From positions 26,335 to 90,334 of IMG/VR virus record IMGVR_UViG_3300044640_001517: DNA of 64,000 nucleotides; one strand, written 5' to 3'. Below the pieces are notes generated by a model, which saw only the letters and a program-made list of their open reading frames with translations, ran no database searches and had not been told where the DNA came from. This document shows, piece after piece, positions 29,401 through 41,600 of this stretch (positions within the stretch are counted from its first letter, which is position 1; every line of letters begins with the position of its first letter). Origin of the DNA: a virus. The position numbers were made by a program, and so were the translations under genes.

Positions 29401-31922
29401 AGTGCGTCCTTGTGACGCAACTGGCAATATCCCTTTGCACGTGGGCCCATGTATTTGCCAAGGTGGCGTACACAACGTGACCAGTCACCCGGTAGACCCC
29501 ACTTGATCTTTGCAGCACCGCGTCCGTAGACCCAGTAGCGACGAAGTTTTTCAGCGTTACCGCGGTTCTTATCGAGACCGCCCTGCGCAAACTCTGTTGC
29601 GCTTGCCGTTACATTTACCTTTACAACTCCGTCTGGAATTACAGCAAAACGACACTTACCTTCATCTTCAATCGGCAGAGAGATGATTCGACAGACATCG
29701 TTGTCGTTTTCATCGTGCGTGTAGAAAACGCAGTTTTCACATTTAACGCCGATATCAGCTACCTTGTTCTCAGCCGCTGGCGTGTAACCAGCCCAGATGC
29801 CTGTGCCGTCTTCATTGAACTTGCCGTACTTATCGGCAATCTCAATAAGAGCGCGCATAAGGTCTTGTTCTTCAGCTACGAGAATTCCAGCGGCGGCTAG
29901 CGCATGCAACGCAGACGCGGTTGTTCCGCCGTCGATCTGTGCAAGAACATCGGTATACGCATCTCCGCTAAGCGGAACAACTGGTGGTGGAGTTGCAGAT
30001 GTTAGATCGCTTAGGATACCTTCGTCCGGTACCCACTTCTTATCTGTTCGCTTAAACACCATAGGACGCAGCGAGTCTGTTCCAGCAGGAACAATTGAGA
30101 TCAGGTCAAACACAGCGGACGGATCGTCTGGAGAAACAATCGCCATATACACTGGCTGAACGTCAGAAGTTTCTGGTGTAAGAGGTTTGCCGGGTCCTTT
30201 ATTGGTTAACTTGTACTCATCAGCAACTTGCTTGATCGTCTTCTTCTCTTCTACATCTGCTGATGCTGAAAATCCTGTAGGATTGTAGTACAGGTGATAC
30301 AGCGGATTTTTCTTAAAAAGATCTTTGAATAACGGATGTTCACGGCGATCACCTGTAAACGCTTTTTGGCCGGTAAGTTTTTCACGACCTGCAACATATT
30401 TATCCCAAGAAGCGCTTGTTTCTTCCTTTGTAGGCTGTGTTGGCTTTACAAACGTATTCTGCTGAGCTGACTGTCGTTGTCCGTTTACCCATGCTGGGTA
30501 GTTGTACAAGACCTGTTGTAGGTCTCCAGGTGTTAGCGGAGGAAGTGTACCTGGAATTCGCGCGTTAGGCGAGTTCATCGGAGTTCGTGGTTGACCAAGG
30601 ATTCCAGATGTATCAAGTGGCATGTTGCTTGGTGTGGCGACACCTTCACCGCCAGACCTTGCTGTGTCAGCGACCGCCTGTGTGTCTGTTCCAGCAACCC
30701 GCACAGACTCTCCCGAGTCCATCTTTACTGTTACACTCTGCGTGCCTTTGTCAATCGCGGTGATACGTCCGGTGTTTGCTGGATTGCCGCCAACTGAAAC
30801 ACGTGAACCCATGCGCGCAAACTTTCCACCTTTATCGCGTACTTGTTTCTGCGCGTTTGCCGCACGTTCTTTTGGAGAATAAACGTTGTCTGCTGGATTG
30901 ATCGCGCCTTCTGGACCAGCGGCAACGATCGTGTTGTCGATGATTCCCCAGTCAATGTCTCCGAGCTCAGCGGCCATAAGTTCAGCCTCTTCTGGATATA
31001 GCTCGTAGACACCCGTCTTTTCAAACGGTTGCTGCTGGAATCGCGCTGAAAGAATAAGTGCTGACTCGGCATCAATAGGCACATGCGTCTTCTCAGCCGT
31101 GTCATATATGTCGTCAAGCGCCTTGTCGTATGTTGCGATATCACTGTCAACATGCGCGAGATCGTCCCAACCGCCACCGTCCCAGACGTATGCCTCGCCG
31201 TCTTCATTGATCATGTATAGGCGATCGATAGATCCGTCATCGAGACGAATACGAGCCACAAACTCTGGACCGTTTTCTTGATCTTCTTCGGCAAGTCTAA
31301 ATGCGTTGACGTCGGCGTCGTAACTTGTCGCCATTCCGTAATAGTCATCATCAGCAACGATAAATGCGCCGGCGCTTACAGCCTTCTTGTTTTCGCGTTC
31401 AACGATCTGCTGTGCCCAGCGCCACGCGGCGTCGCCGCCCCAGAGTGCCCAGGCGATGCGACCGTTCGATGGAAATCCGTCTGAGCCTGGCTTGTAGCCT
31501 TTGCCTTTCTTATCTACCTCATGTCGTGGGAAGTACTTTGCGATGTGGCGGACCTTGGCCAGTCCGATCTGTCCGCCGTTGGCGAGTATACGCGCTGTGT
31601 TGAGACCAACAGGCGTTCCACCACGGCGATGCTCCTTACGCCACTCTAAGGCCCTCTTAGCCTCTGCTTGCGCTGCCTTAGGTATCGTGTACATACGTCC
31701 AGAGGCGGTGATTGCACTGATGCGGAGATCAGCCAGCGCGCCAGACGCGAGGTCAAAGTGAACTTGATCTGCTGAAGCTTCTGTATTCCACGGCTGTATA
31801 TACGAGAGGTTGCTTAACGTACCTACCTCGTCGACCATGTTAGTAATTGAGTCAATCACAACGGCAGATGTGCCGTCGGTAAACATCATGTAGCTACCGT
31901 GAGAACCAAAAAGCTTTATCAT
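26466..31922 (-). CDS. Capsid maturation protease fused to multiple accessory domains (1818 aa)
   Basis: Protease core ESGDGR..PLPLLWQ..GHNGSVVVGRI..GVSADLD (~28240-28680) and PSGDWR...LELV...VNVPGFP; extra domains on both sides. Confidence 0.8.
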   Translation of the reverse strand: MIKLFGSHGSYMMFTDGTSAVVIDSITNMVDEVGTLSNLSYIQPWNTEASADQVHFDLASGALADLRISAITASGRMYTIPKAAQAEAKRALEWRKEHRRGGTPVGLNTARILANGGQIGLAKVRHIAKYFPRHEVDKKGKGYKPGSDGFPSNGRIAWALWGGDAAWRWAQQIVERENKKAVSAGAFIVADDDYYGMATSYDADVNAFRLAEEDQENGPEFVARIRLDDGSIDRLYMINEDGEAYVWDGGGWDDLAHVDSDIATYDKALDDIYDTAEKTHVPIDAESALILSARFQQQPFEKTGVYELYPEEAELMAAELGDIDWGIIDNTIVAAGPEGAINPADNVYSPKERAANAQKQVRDKGGKFARMGSRVSVGGNPANTGRITAIDKGTQSVTVKMDSGESVRVAGTDTQAVADTARSGGEGVATPSNMPLDTSGILGQPRTPMNSPNARIPGTLPPLTPGDLQQVLYNYPAWVNGQRQSAQQNTFVKPTQPTKEETSASWDKYVAGREKLTGQKAFTGDRREHPLFKDLFKKNPLYHLYYNPTGFSASADVEEKKTIKQVADEYKLTNKGPGKPLTPETSDVQPVYMAIVSPDDPSAVFDLISIVPAGTDSLRPMVFKRTDKKWVPDEGILSDLTSATPPPVVPLSGDAYTDVLAQIDGGTTASALHALAAAGILVAEEQDLMRALIEIADKYGKFNEDGTGIWAGYTPAAENKVADIGVKCENCVFYTHDENDNDVCRIISLPIEDEGKCRFAVIPDGVVKVNVTASATEFAQGGLDKNRGNAEKLRRYWVYGRGAAKIKWGLPGDWSRCVRHLGKYMGPRAKGYCQLRHKDALHIYTSTHAKMLHGGKSKNQSVNEFIIEQPVYDIFGSNKKKKTKKYLTAAEASDGFKAEYAELVDHDGVVGYGSGTDVTEDDMRLSLEEIYAIEDDNYEADWAPEAGVVALMAELDDIDSLTAAGGVDRNRGKAEKLRHYWLFGRGALKIRWNTPGDWTRCFHHLAKYMGPRAKGYCALRHKEATGVWPGSKYNVGKKNAKSIKASGFDLVDEEAVIDAIVRQAEAQEARDRVLTASAEDTMMGSKFMIPLVIPEDTESGDGRKFKKNAISVRALPLPLLWQIKTADGHNGSVVVGRIDKMERTENGIGNAHGVFDTNAYGKEAERMVRQGFLRGVSADLDRFEANEDAKDEAADSPKEKKIGGDKITITKARVMAVTIVPKPAFEECKIYLEDVADTSGESQEGNMEQIPDGVYVEEDMDPMDAAAIVACGILAGAIPTVPPSDWFVNPQLSGPTPLTVDDLGRVFGHIASWQTDHIGMRSGTRAPKSRTGYAYFHTGVVRADDGKDYPVGQLTLAGGHASLEASALEAARHYDDTGSAIADVHAGEDAYGIWVAGALRPNATPEQIRALRASAPSGDWRPINGALELVAVCQVNVPGFPIARARVASGQVYALVAAGAQVLAKMKVDPMAELTSRIAKLEGKENAELAAQALELSNRVRSSFEYETFGYISKAARERLASEGKALPDGSYPIRNEEDLKNAIQAYGRSKPGKRAAVRRHIIKKARGLGKSELVPEQWKTAGLIDEEVVTDIQARVAAAKTAAESATAENTRKIEELRARVASAKEGLLAALPAVKPNSPEAVSNTPGKYISGVNQPRDVKGKFRDVLARLKQDLGTGGNAQLMEKLEEAQNNESLGDYDAAAKSSAQLISLIDRLDSGALDATALGNVRESARLLGQVLSNLPLPFGKEAQKVRFSDLPPVLRDLIDDMIAKVEAKIGKEDADIATESLRSYKSGGDVYSQSEVSSEMSKLLRLLT

Positions 31923-32654
31923 CTATTTAGCACCTTCATCTGCTTGTACTTTATCTTGTACAGGACCGCCTGCTACCCAGGCATCACATGTACGCGAGGC
32001 CGCACACTTGAAGTCGAAAGCCTCACAATACCCTAGTTCTGCGATGTCGATTGCGTCCCAGGCGTTCTGTTCGCTTGATCCACCCTGCTCCAGTCCCCCA
32101 GCGATGCAGTCACGCATCTGCTTTGTAATAATGAATACCGCGCAGTTTCCGCAGAGGCTTTTCTTCGCGTCATCGATCGTGACAGACCACCTGTCAGCTT
32201 TTGCCTGCCAAAACTCTTCATTTGGCTCTGCCGGATTTAGCGGCCCGTAGCCTGCGGTATCGATCGCGTTCTGACGGTACTTGATGTTTAGCGCAATGTC
32301 CTGGGTGGCTGGAGGGCACTTTGCTGGCGCCGCGGCCGTAAGCGCGTAGTTGTGGTTTCCTTCGTCATCTACCTCGTAGCGTGGTTTTTCGCCTCGCATG
32401 TCAAACGAGTCGTAGTACTTGACGTAATCTACTTCTACTTCATCGATCGTAAACTCGCCGCTGTGATCTTCATAGAACTGGTATGTATCAATCTTGTTCC
32501 ATGTACCGTTGTCGCGCATGAGCAATCCGCCCTTACTTGGACAGGCAAACATGAGATATTGGACGTCGTAGTTATCGTCTACAAGGACGTAAAGATCTTC
32601 ATCTTCTTTGATCTCAGTTGGCCATGTGTCAAGTGCTTTTGTGTCTTCTGCCAT
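31923..32654 (-). CDS. Head-module protein with a Cys-rich C-terminal domain
   Basis: CPPATQD...YGPLNP...CGNC...GYC..FDFKCAASRTCDAW. Confidence 0.7.
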   Translation of the reverse strand: MAEDTKALDTWPTEIKEDEDLYVLVDDNYDVQYLMFACPSKGGLLMRDNGTWNKIDTYQFYEDHSGEFTIDEVEVDYVKYYDSFDMRGEKPRYEVDDEGNHNYALTAAAPAKCPPATQDIALNIKYRQNAIDTAGYGPLNPAEPNEEFWQAKADRWSVTIDDAKKSLCGNCAVFIITKQMRDCIAGGLEQGGSSEQNAWDAIDIAELGYCEAFDFKCAASRTCDAWVAGGPVQDKVQADEGAK

Positions 32655-32669
32655 GTGCTCTTTCCTGTG

Positions 32670-35600
32670 CTATAGTTGAATTCTGTTAAGCTTCTCATCA
32701 GGCTGTATCGCCCTAATTTTATACATAATTCCGCGACTTGAGAACGTTATTTCTCGTTTATTTGGGTCCCACTTAAAGCCACTGTTCTCCTTGAGTTGGA
32801 ACGACAGACCACCATCACGGTCAGTCGTGATCTCCATGTAGCTTCTAATCGGAAGACCTTGGTCATCAAAGTCACGAATGATCTTTGCCGAGTATGCTGC
32901 ACGCAGCCAGCCGGCGTATTCACCGTCGACATTTTCAAGTACGGCCTGCGTGCCGGCGCGGTTGAGGTAGTTACCGTACTTTGCAAACTCGTCGTAGTCA
33001 GGCAGTGGAAGCATGTTTGTGTCTTTCTCTTCACCAGCCGAGGTGACGGGCATTGGTGGCACAGTGCGTCCAGTGTACAGCGTTAGGTTTATAAGCTGTT
33101 GCATGATATATGACTGCAGGTTCCTGTCCCTTGTGTTGGCGTACATGGGCAAAAGCATGCCTCTAGCCGCACTGTACATTTCAAATGACTTCATCTTTGC
33201 AACTTTTTTAATGATCTCGTCAACAAGTTTGTACCTGTCTAAGATATCAGCGTAGTCTTCTCCGGTTGGATTGCCTGCGTTTTCCTGCCCAAACGGAATA
33301 ACTATCTCCGCCCTAAGCATTGTGTCGTATCCACCTGCGTTAGTTACAGCATGGTTTCCAGAAAACGGCAACCAGTCGACCTTGCCTTCCTCTTCCTGCC
33401 TGTCAAACGGAGAGTTGTATTCAGCAACTTTATTTCTCAATACATTTACGTCACTGGCCAACATTGGCTCCACGTACGCGTCTCCAGATAAAACGGCGCC
33501 TGCACTGCCTGCGTCGTGCGTGTAGTAGTGCCCGTCTGGATACCTAACAATGATCTGCGGTAACTGTCTTGTGTTTTCTATTTCAAAAGGATCTAACCCC
33601 ATGTCAACTGTAAACATATATTTTGCAGCTACTGCCACGGATCCTGCAGGCGCGGGTTGATAGTGCAGATCTGATCCCGTATATGTAAGCATCGCCGCAA
33701 GGTCATTAAAGTCTACAGTTTCACTTCCACCCGCCTCTGTAAATGCTTCTGTGAGGTTTTCTTCTGCAAAACGCAGCAACTGTCCTTTAGCGCTGTCTTT
33801 ACTTCCTCTTCTATCTTCTAAGATTTTTGATCCAGCAGTCAAGATAATTTCCTCTATCGGAGTTCCGTCTATCTCAGTAATCCCACGTTCCTTTAGCATT
33901 TTAATTGCGCGGTCACGAACAAGTTGTGACACAACAATCTGCGCGTCCTTTGTAATTGGAACACCGTGCTTAACCATCGCTTCCTGGCCTTCGTACTTGA
34001 CTGCCCTTAAGATATCTGTTCCAGGGACACGCTTGCCGTACAGGTCGTCTATGTTTGCATATAGATCTGATCGCTCAAAGATGTCAGTTGCTGGCCACCA
34101 GATACTTCCTTCACTGTTTGCGTTAAATCCGCCCATGACTTCTAGCGTGCTATTTTCGTCATGCTTTGTCGGCCTAAGAAACACGTAGTCAGCCCCGCCT
34201 GTCCATAGGTCTTCAGTCGAGGACATTCCCTTATAGTTGAGACCTTCTTGTACTCGAGAAACTGTTGCAACTAGTCCGTTTGTTACTACGTCAACAATTG
34301 CGTTTGTAGTTACCTGTATAAGTTCTTCTGGGGTCGGTGGTCTGCTCTGTGTATCAACAAGATTTGCAACTGCTTTTTCAAGACTTAAGTTGTGCTTAAA
34401 GCCTTTTATGCCTGTATCTTCTTGCATAAGAAACGCCACATTGTCTGGAAGCATATACTCAATGCGTCCATGAGACCCGATACGCGGGAACACATCTGCT
34501 GCTTCTACTCCCCAGCGTTCTTTGATCTTTTCAAGTTTCTTATCACGACGATCTTGGTCTGTAATGTTGATGTTTGGGTCAGTCTGAGAGTCGAACAGCG
34601 ACAGCAGTCTGTTTTCAATAAGCGACTTTGTGTCTTGCTGTTGCGCGGCGCGCACATCACGTACACCGGCCGCGCGGAGCGCCTCTTCGATATCAGACTG
34701 CTCGGCGTCAATTGGAAGATCAATGATCACCTGGTTGTGGAATGCTGCAGGCGCTGATTCATATTGTGCGTCAAGTGGTTCAAGACTATTGTCGTCATTT
34801 GCACGCATGATATTTATTGACCACGGATTGCCTGTATCTTCGCTATCTGAGACAAACATTCTGCCGTTATTGAATACCGCTCCGCCCCAGTTATTTACAA
34901 CACTTTCACCTGAGAGAACAATGTCGCCGTTTTCAGCAACGCTTACACGTTCAATTTGCGGCGCCTCTGCTCTAAACAAACTTCCAGCTTGACCTAGATT
35001 AGATGAGATTTCTTGTGTAACTTCCGCTCCGCGCCAGGACGTAAGTTTGAATCGAAGGCGCAACTTGCGCTCGCCGTCTGGCGTAATGATTGTTGATGCA
35101 CGGATGTCAAGATCTTCAATATCTGTACTGTCGACAGCCGCTGATACTCCGCGTTCTTTGTACTGATCTGGGCGATCTACAACAGTAGAGACAGCCTCCA
35201 TTAGAGAAGGAATGCCAGTAAGTCCAGATGAAGATATAGGCTTTGGATCTTTAATGACAACAGGAGGTCTACCTGCAGGTGTGACTTCTGAATTAGATTT
35301 CCCGTGCAGCTTTATCTTGTCACTTGTCACGAGTCTTGCGCCTTCACGCAGAGATAGTCTATAGTCACTTTCTTCAGTTGCGTCCATGTATTGTATGCGG
35401 TCTTTCCACTTCTTAACCTGTGGATCAGTTGAGGCGTTTAGCATCTGATCAATAAACATGTCAAGATTCATCAATGAAGGCCGTGCAAAATCCCAGTCTT
35501 CTGCAAGTTGCTTCATTTTCTTTGAATTATCAAAGTCTCCGCCGAGATACATGTCTGACGCGTTTTCTTTTATGGCTTGATCGAGAAGCGCAAAATACGC

Positions 35601-38600
35601 TCCGGCATTTTTATTTATCTCTTCTTGACTACGGACATCGTCTTCTTGGCGTTCAAATATCATCTCAATACCGTGACGAACAGCCGCGGCAACGTCTTGT
35701 CTAGATGTAATCCCATCTGCCATGAGCAAAAACCTAGGCCATGTTGACTGATCACCGCTTCTAAATAATGTTGGATCCCAGCCCGTCCTGATTACGGGTG
35801 TCTTGATGTCGTTGACGGTTGACTCAATATTTTGCTTGAGGATCTTTGCAGACTTTGCGCTGCTTCCGCTGGTTGTGTCCATGTCAGTGTTTATCGCAGC
35901 GAGTAGATCTTGGTATTCTTGCTCGCCTGCTGCCTTAGGAATATCAGGTACCATCGCCAGTGGATTTGCAAGATTTGCGTTTAGAAAATCAGCAACAGCT
36001 TTGAGCTCAGGTGAGTCATACATGTTGTTGATCTGCTCTTCTGTAAATCCTTTATTGAACCAACTTGTCTGAGGACTAATTCCAAATATCGGATACCACT
36101 TGTTTGTAGGTACACTTGTCTTTCCACCCGAACCTGTGCTTGCGTAGAACGGAACACTGACGCCGTTGATGTTGACGAGCACGATCGGACGACCTGCGAC
36201 GTTTGCGATTGACATCATTGTCTCATTGACAGGCATCTTTACGAGAGTCGCTGACATTCCACGGATCTGATCATGAAGAGTTGCGTGCATGTCTGAGAGG
36301 GCACTGTCAACCATCTCTGACATCACCTCTGGATCAATTGCGTTTTGCTCTGGTGCAGGTGTTTCATCACCAGTCTCGACTGTTGTGTCGGGGGTCTCTG
36401 AAACTTCTGGATTCCATGGTGGAGGTGGTGGTATATCGTCAGGAGCCTCTGTTGCCCCCTCTGGGGCTTCAGCTTTTGGGAGCGCTGAGCCGCCGTCGCC
36501 TTCTGGAGGACTAGGTGGAGGTTCAACGCCTACACCGCCTTCTCCTTCTGCTGGTGGTTCACCCTTAGGAGCTTTTGATTTCTTAGCCTTTGGATCGATC
36601 TCGCCCGCCTGCACCTTGTTCCAGATCTCCATCTGCTGTTCAAGATTCTTAGGCTTCTTCTTTTCGCTTCCCTTTTCACGTGTGATCTCGACGTATGGAT
36701 CTTCATCAGGACCGATGACGGTAAGTTCACGTGTGTTGTACGCCAGACGCGCAACGTACGGACCCCAGGCACCCTTCTGCTCTGTTGGACGTGGGTCAAT
36801 CTCCATGCGGACCTTGACACCGCCCCAGGTCTTTTCATACTCCTCGACGATACCTGCGTAACCAAACTTGGTACGGACACGCATGCCAGGTGTGAGGAAC
36901 GTTGTGCCGTCCTTCGCGTAACCTGCTGGGCGACCCTTAGAGTCGACAGCGTCGATCGGTGGGAGAGCGGCTCCTGTTGGACGCCAGTATGCCGAACCGT
37001 CAATGTAACGTTTTACTGCCTTGACCATGTCCTTGAATGACTCCATGTCAACGTATCTCTCGCTGAAGATGTCATATGTTGGTAGTGAGTCAATGATCGC
37101 GTTCAGTCGTGCGAGTGCTTGATCGTCTGTCATTGTTCCGTTTGCAAGAGCCTCGCGGATCTGTCGGACCTCTTCAGCAGCCTTCTTGATCTTGTTGCGG
37201 TCAGTTGCCATGAGTACCGAGTCTTCGCCCGTTACTTCGTCACGTGATTTCTCAACATCATCAAATGCGTTCTGCAGGTCAGCTGCTTTTTCGGAGTCAT
37301 CCTTGTAGCGGAGCACCTGCGACATATCAACGTTATTGTTGGTTGTCTCGAGCTGCTCTGGAGCAACATCATCTGGTGCCTGCTGTTCGCCCGTAGGTAC
37401 TACACCTAGCGGTGCAGGTACATCGTCTGGACGCCACTCTGGATCAAGCTTAGGTTGCTCAGCGGGTGTCTCTTTAGGAGTAAGTTTACTAATGCGGATC
37501 GCATCTGCGGCATCTGCCGCCTGAAGCATCAGACTCTGGAGGTCCCCAGCGCCTACCTCTGCGTAAGGTTCAAGAAGCTCGGCAGCATCGCGGAATCGCT
37601 CTTCAGCGTCGACGTACTGTTCACCTTCATAGGCGTAGAGCGCGTCTTTAACGGCTTGACGGAACTTCTTGATATTCTTCTCATCTTTTGAACTGCGATC
37701 TGAGTAGTCTTCAAGAGTATCGTCAGCATCTTTAACCGCCTGCTTTACAGACTTGATGATGCGCTCGTTGTCATCTCCACCATCGGAAGGTGTAGGTGTT
37801 GGTGCTGGTGGCTCTTCAACTCCACCGCCGCCTTCACCTTCTGTTGAAGGTACAGGCACTTCGGGAGCATTTGGCTCTTCAACAGGTGCAGGCTCTGCTG
37901 GTTGCTTGACAAAGCTATCGATCCAGCTAAGAGCACCGCGTCCTAGTTGCTTCTTAGCACGTGTAACTGCAACGTATGCAATCCTGAACTCTACTGGATC
38001 TGGCATCTCAACTTCGCCAGTTGCCTTATTGACACGAGGGCCCCAGAAGTCAGTCCAGATCAGAACCTTGTCCCACTCTAGACCCTTCGCCTGGTGGACT
38101 GTTGTGATAAATACGTCGATCGGCTTGGCATCAGCCTCGGCCGGCGCGACACCACCGTTGAGTGAGACGCTCAGTTTCTTGAGTACGTTGCTGATAGTGT
38201 CTTGGTTTGTTGTCTCAAGACGCCACTGGCCCTTTGACTTGTCCCACTTGAAACCGTTCTTTGCGATCGTTGACTTGTTCTCAAACGTGTTACCAAAGAC
38301 GCCGATTCCGTTTTCGTCGATCGTGTAGTCAACGCCCTTGCCGAGTGATCCTTCAGAGCCAACGTCTGTATCGTCAATGTCGACTGACTTCAGTGCTGCG
38401 CCTGTGCTCTTGGCAAGATGCAGTTGATCAAGGAGACCACGGATTCCATCGATGCCTTCAGTCTCAACCAGCCCAACAAACAACTTAAGCTTATTGCTTG
38501 CGTTGCTGTTCTCGTCTTCGGCCTCTTTCTTGACCTCCGCCCATGTCCTAAACGGTGCAAGTTCTGGATGCATCGGCTTAGGCTTTGTGCCGGTGCCTCC

Positions 38601-41600
38601 GTTGAGCAAGTATTCCGCAGAGTCTGTGAGATTTACAAGATCATTCTTGTAGTTCTTTGTCACGCCGACAGTGCGTCCGCGCTGAAGCTGATCAAAGATC
38701 GCGGAGAGTCCGCCGCTATTTGTACGCACAAGAATTGCATCAGCTGTGTCATAAAGCGATTCCTCTGGAACGAGTTCGCCCGGATCTGCGTTTCCACCGA
38801 TAACACGGTACGGTGACTCGAGCATGCTCAGCCACTTGTTGCCTTCATTTGCGATATTTGCACCAAAGCGCCACGACTTTGTGAGTGGGAACTCGACAGC
38901 TCCGAGTACTTTCCCGAGTTGGTTTTCTCCACCACGAAATGCGTAGATCGCCTGGTTTTCATCACCTACATAGACCTTTTGGATTGTCTGATCTGCGATG
39001 ACCTTGCCTGACACAGGGTTGATGTCTTGCGCCTCGTCAAAGAAGATGAAGTCAACGGCTTGCTTAAGTCCCGAGCCAATCTCGCCAAGATCTGGATTTG
39101 ACAACGCCCACATCTTTGTGATGATGGTGTTGTCCATACGCAGCTTGCCGTTTGGATCCTTGTAGTCTTCCCACATCTTGTTTACGATGTCGAGCATCCA
39201 AGGCTTAACGTCTTGTTCTGGGATATCAAAGTGCTGTGGACCAATCTCTGGATCAGCGCTGATTAGATACTTGCGCATCGCCTCCATAAAGAACTTGTGC
39301 GCTTCATACAGACCGTATCCTTGGGCACCTGGACCTTCAAACTCTGTGATGCCGAGATACTTGTCAATATCCTTGTAGTATGAAAGCTCAGGGTTCTTGT
39401 CGAGCTTCTTTACGATATCTTTAGGGGCCCAGCGTGTTGCGATCGCGTCATTGGTGATGACCTCGATGTTTGTAAGACCGGCCTTCCTAAAGCGTTCTTC
39501 AGCTTCAAGCTGCGCTGACTTGTTGAACGCGATATACACTCCGCGCTCTTGAGCAGCCTCTTTCTTCTTACGCTTTCCTGCGAGAAGAAGTGTCGCTGTC
39601 TTACCGGTTCCTGCGAGTGCCTGAACAACGACGTTCTTGCCCTCCATGATCGCATCAAGAATTGCGCGCTGTTCCTCGGTTGGCTTGAATTGCTCGTCCT
39701 TATATGGATCGTTGGTATCAACGCCGTCTTGTGATGGCGTGTCAATCTCTTGCGCATCGACCATCGATGACTCATTGCTTGTACTTCCACCGGCGACGCC
39801 GTCAGGATCGATCTCACCGATCGGAAGCGGCTGTGCCTCGCGGATCATCTGTTCAACTGAAGGTACGGAGCAAGGTCCGTTTGCAGGACCAACGGCCGCT
39901 GTCAATCCAGCGCCACCGCAGTTCCAAGAAGCCGCGATCGCCTTGGCGGCGACGTACTCTGCAAGATCTGCCTCGTACTTTGCGTACGCATTCTCGTAGT
40001 CAGCGATTTCCTGCTGCTTAGCCTCAAATGCACCGTCAACATTAAGAAGTGTTGTCGGCGTTGTGTCGGGATTATTGATAGCACGCGTAAGCATTGCATC
40101 AGTAATTTCCCACGAGGCCTGAGCATCTGCATCTGCGCGGTGCCAGTCTGGCAACTTAACTTCAAGGAATTCAGCAACTGGTCCAAGACTGTTTGATGCA
40201 CGACGCTTGCCGTCTTTTTCACTTACCTGACTTGCACCAAACTGTGTCTTTGAGTTCCACTTAGGAAGTGTGCCTTCAGCGAGATCTTTTGAGTCAATTG
40301 TTCCAACAATGTTGATTGACAGACCATTTGCGCTGAGAACTCGTTGAAGAATCTCAAGGTCAAACGGCGTGTACTGTCCGCCAAGAATTACCTCGTCACC
40401 TGCATGTTCTTTGACAAAATCTAAGAATTGCTGATGCGCGTCCTTCATCGAAGGCTGAGTTGTGAGCCACTCGTCTGTTACAGGCGAGCCGTCCATCTGC
40501 TTGAGGTTCTTAGCAGACCAGTCAGAAAGCTCATGCTCTGGATTCATGTATGAACTAAATTGAGCACGTACCTCTCCGTCTGCAACAAACGTTCCGCCGA
40601 TCTGCACCGGCTGGTTACGTCCACCCTTTTCAGGTCCTGGTAAACCTGTTGATTCATAGTCAAAGAACATGATAGGTGTCTTGCGGATGATCGCCGCGGC
40701 CTCTTCCCAGGTCTTGGCGTCCTTGAGAAGCTCAGCCATCTTTCCGGTGAATGCACCTGGTGAAGGTTTGCGTGGCGCCTTAGGACGGTGCAGTGCTGGT
40801 TTATCTCCCTTAGGTGGAATTGTGCCACCGCGTGCAACTGGAATGATTGTTGTTTCATTCCACTCTTTACGTTGTGACTCGTGACCTGGGAAGTAACCCT
40901 GCACGCTTACCTTGTTCTTTGGCGTCATCTGATCGCGGAACACACGTTCAATTACGAATGAATCGCCTTCAGCAACGTCGCCAGGTTGCAGATCTTGCGC
41001 GGCGTAGCCGATGCTCTCTGTCAAAGGCACGCGCTCTGCAAATGGATCAACTGTTGTATCTTTAATTCCAAGCTGATCAAGTATTGACTGACGACGACGC
41101 TTGAGCATGTCCTTAAGAAGTTCATTTTCTTTAGGACTATTTACGATCGAATCAACGATCTCGTCAATGCGACTTGGCGTGATGTTGAGGAGCTTTTCTC
41201 CGCTCTTCTTGATGTCTGCCGCTGTCATACTGCCAAACACATCTGAGGCGGTTGGGTTCATTCCAGGATCGCGCATTGAGTCAAGTTCAGCAACCTCTGG
41301 GCCAAACCATTCTTTACGTGAACCACGGGCGCGCCATACAAGCACTCCACCTTGATCAACGCGAATTGGATTGCCGTCTCCGTCTGCAACAACATTGTCG
41401 TAGACCATGCCGATTACGTCGTAGTTAGACAACCACGCGTCAATCGCAAAGCCTTCATGCAACTTGCCGAGGAACTCTGGATCATTGATGTAGTCATCCA
41501 TTCCAGATGTGGCGTTTGGAATCATCGGACTGATGATCTGTAGTGCACCGTCGCGTGTTCCAAGACCTACATCTGTTGCAGGAATACCAAGTTCACGATA

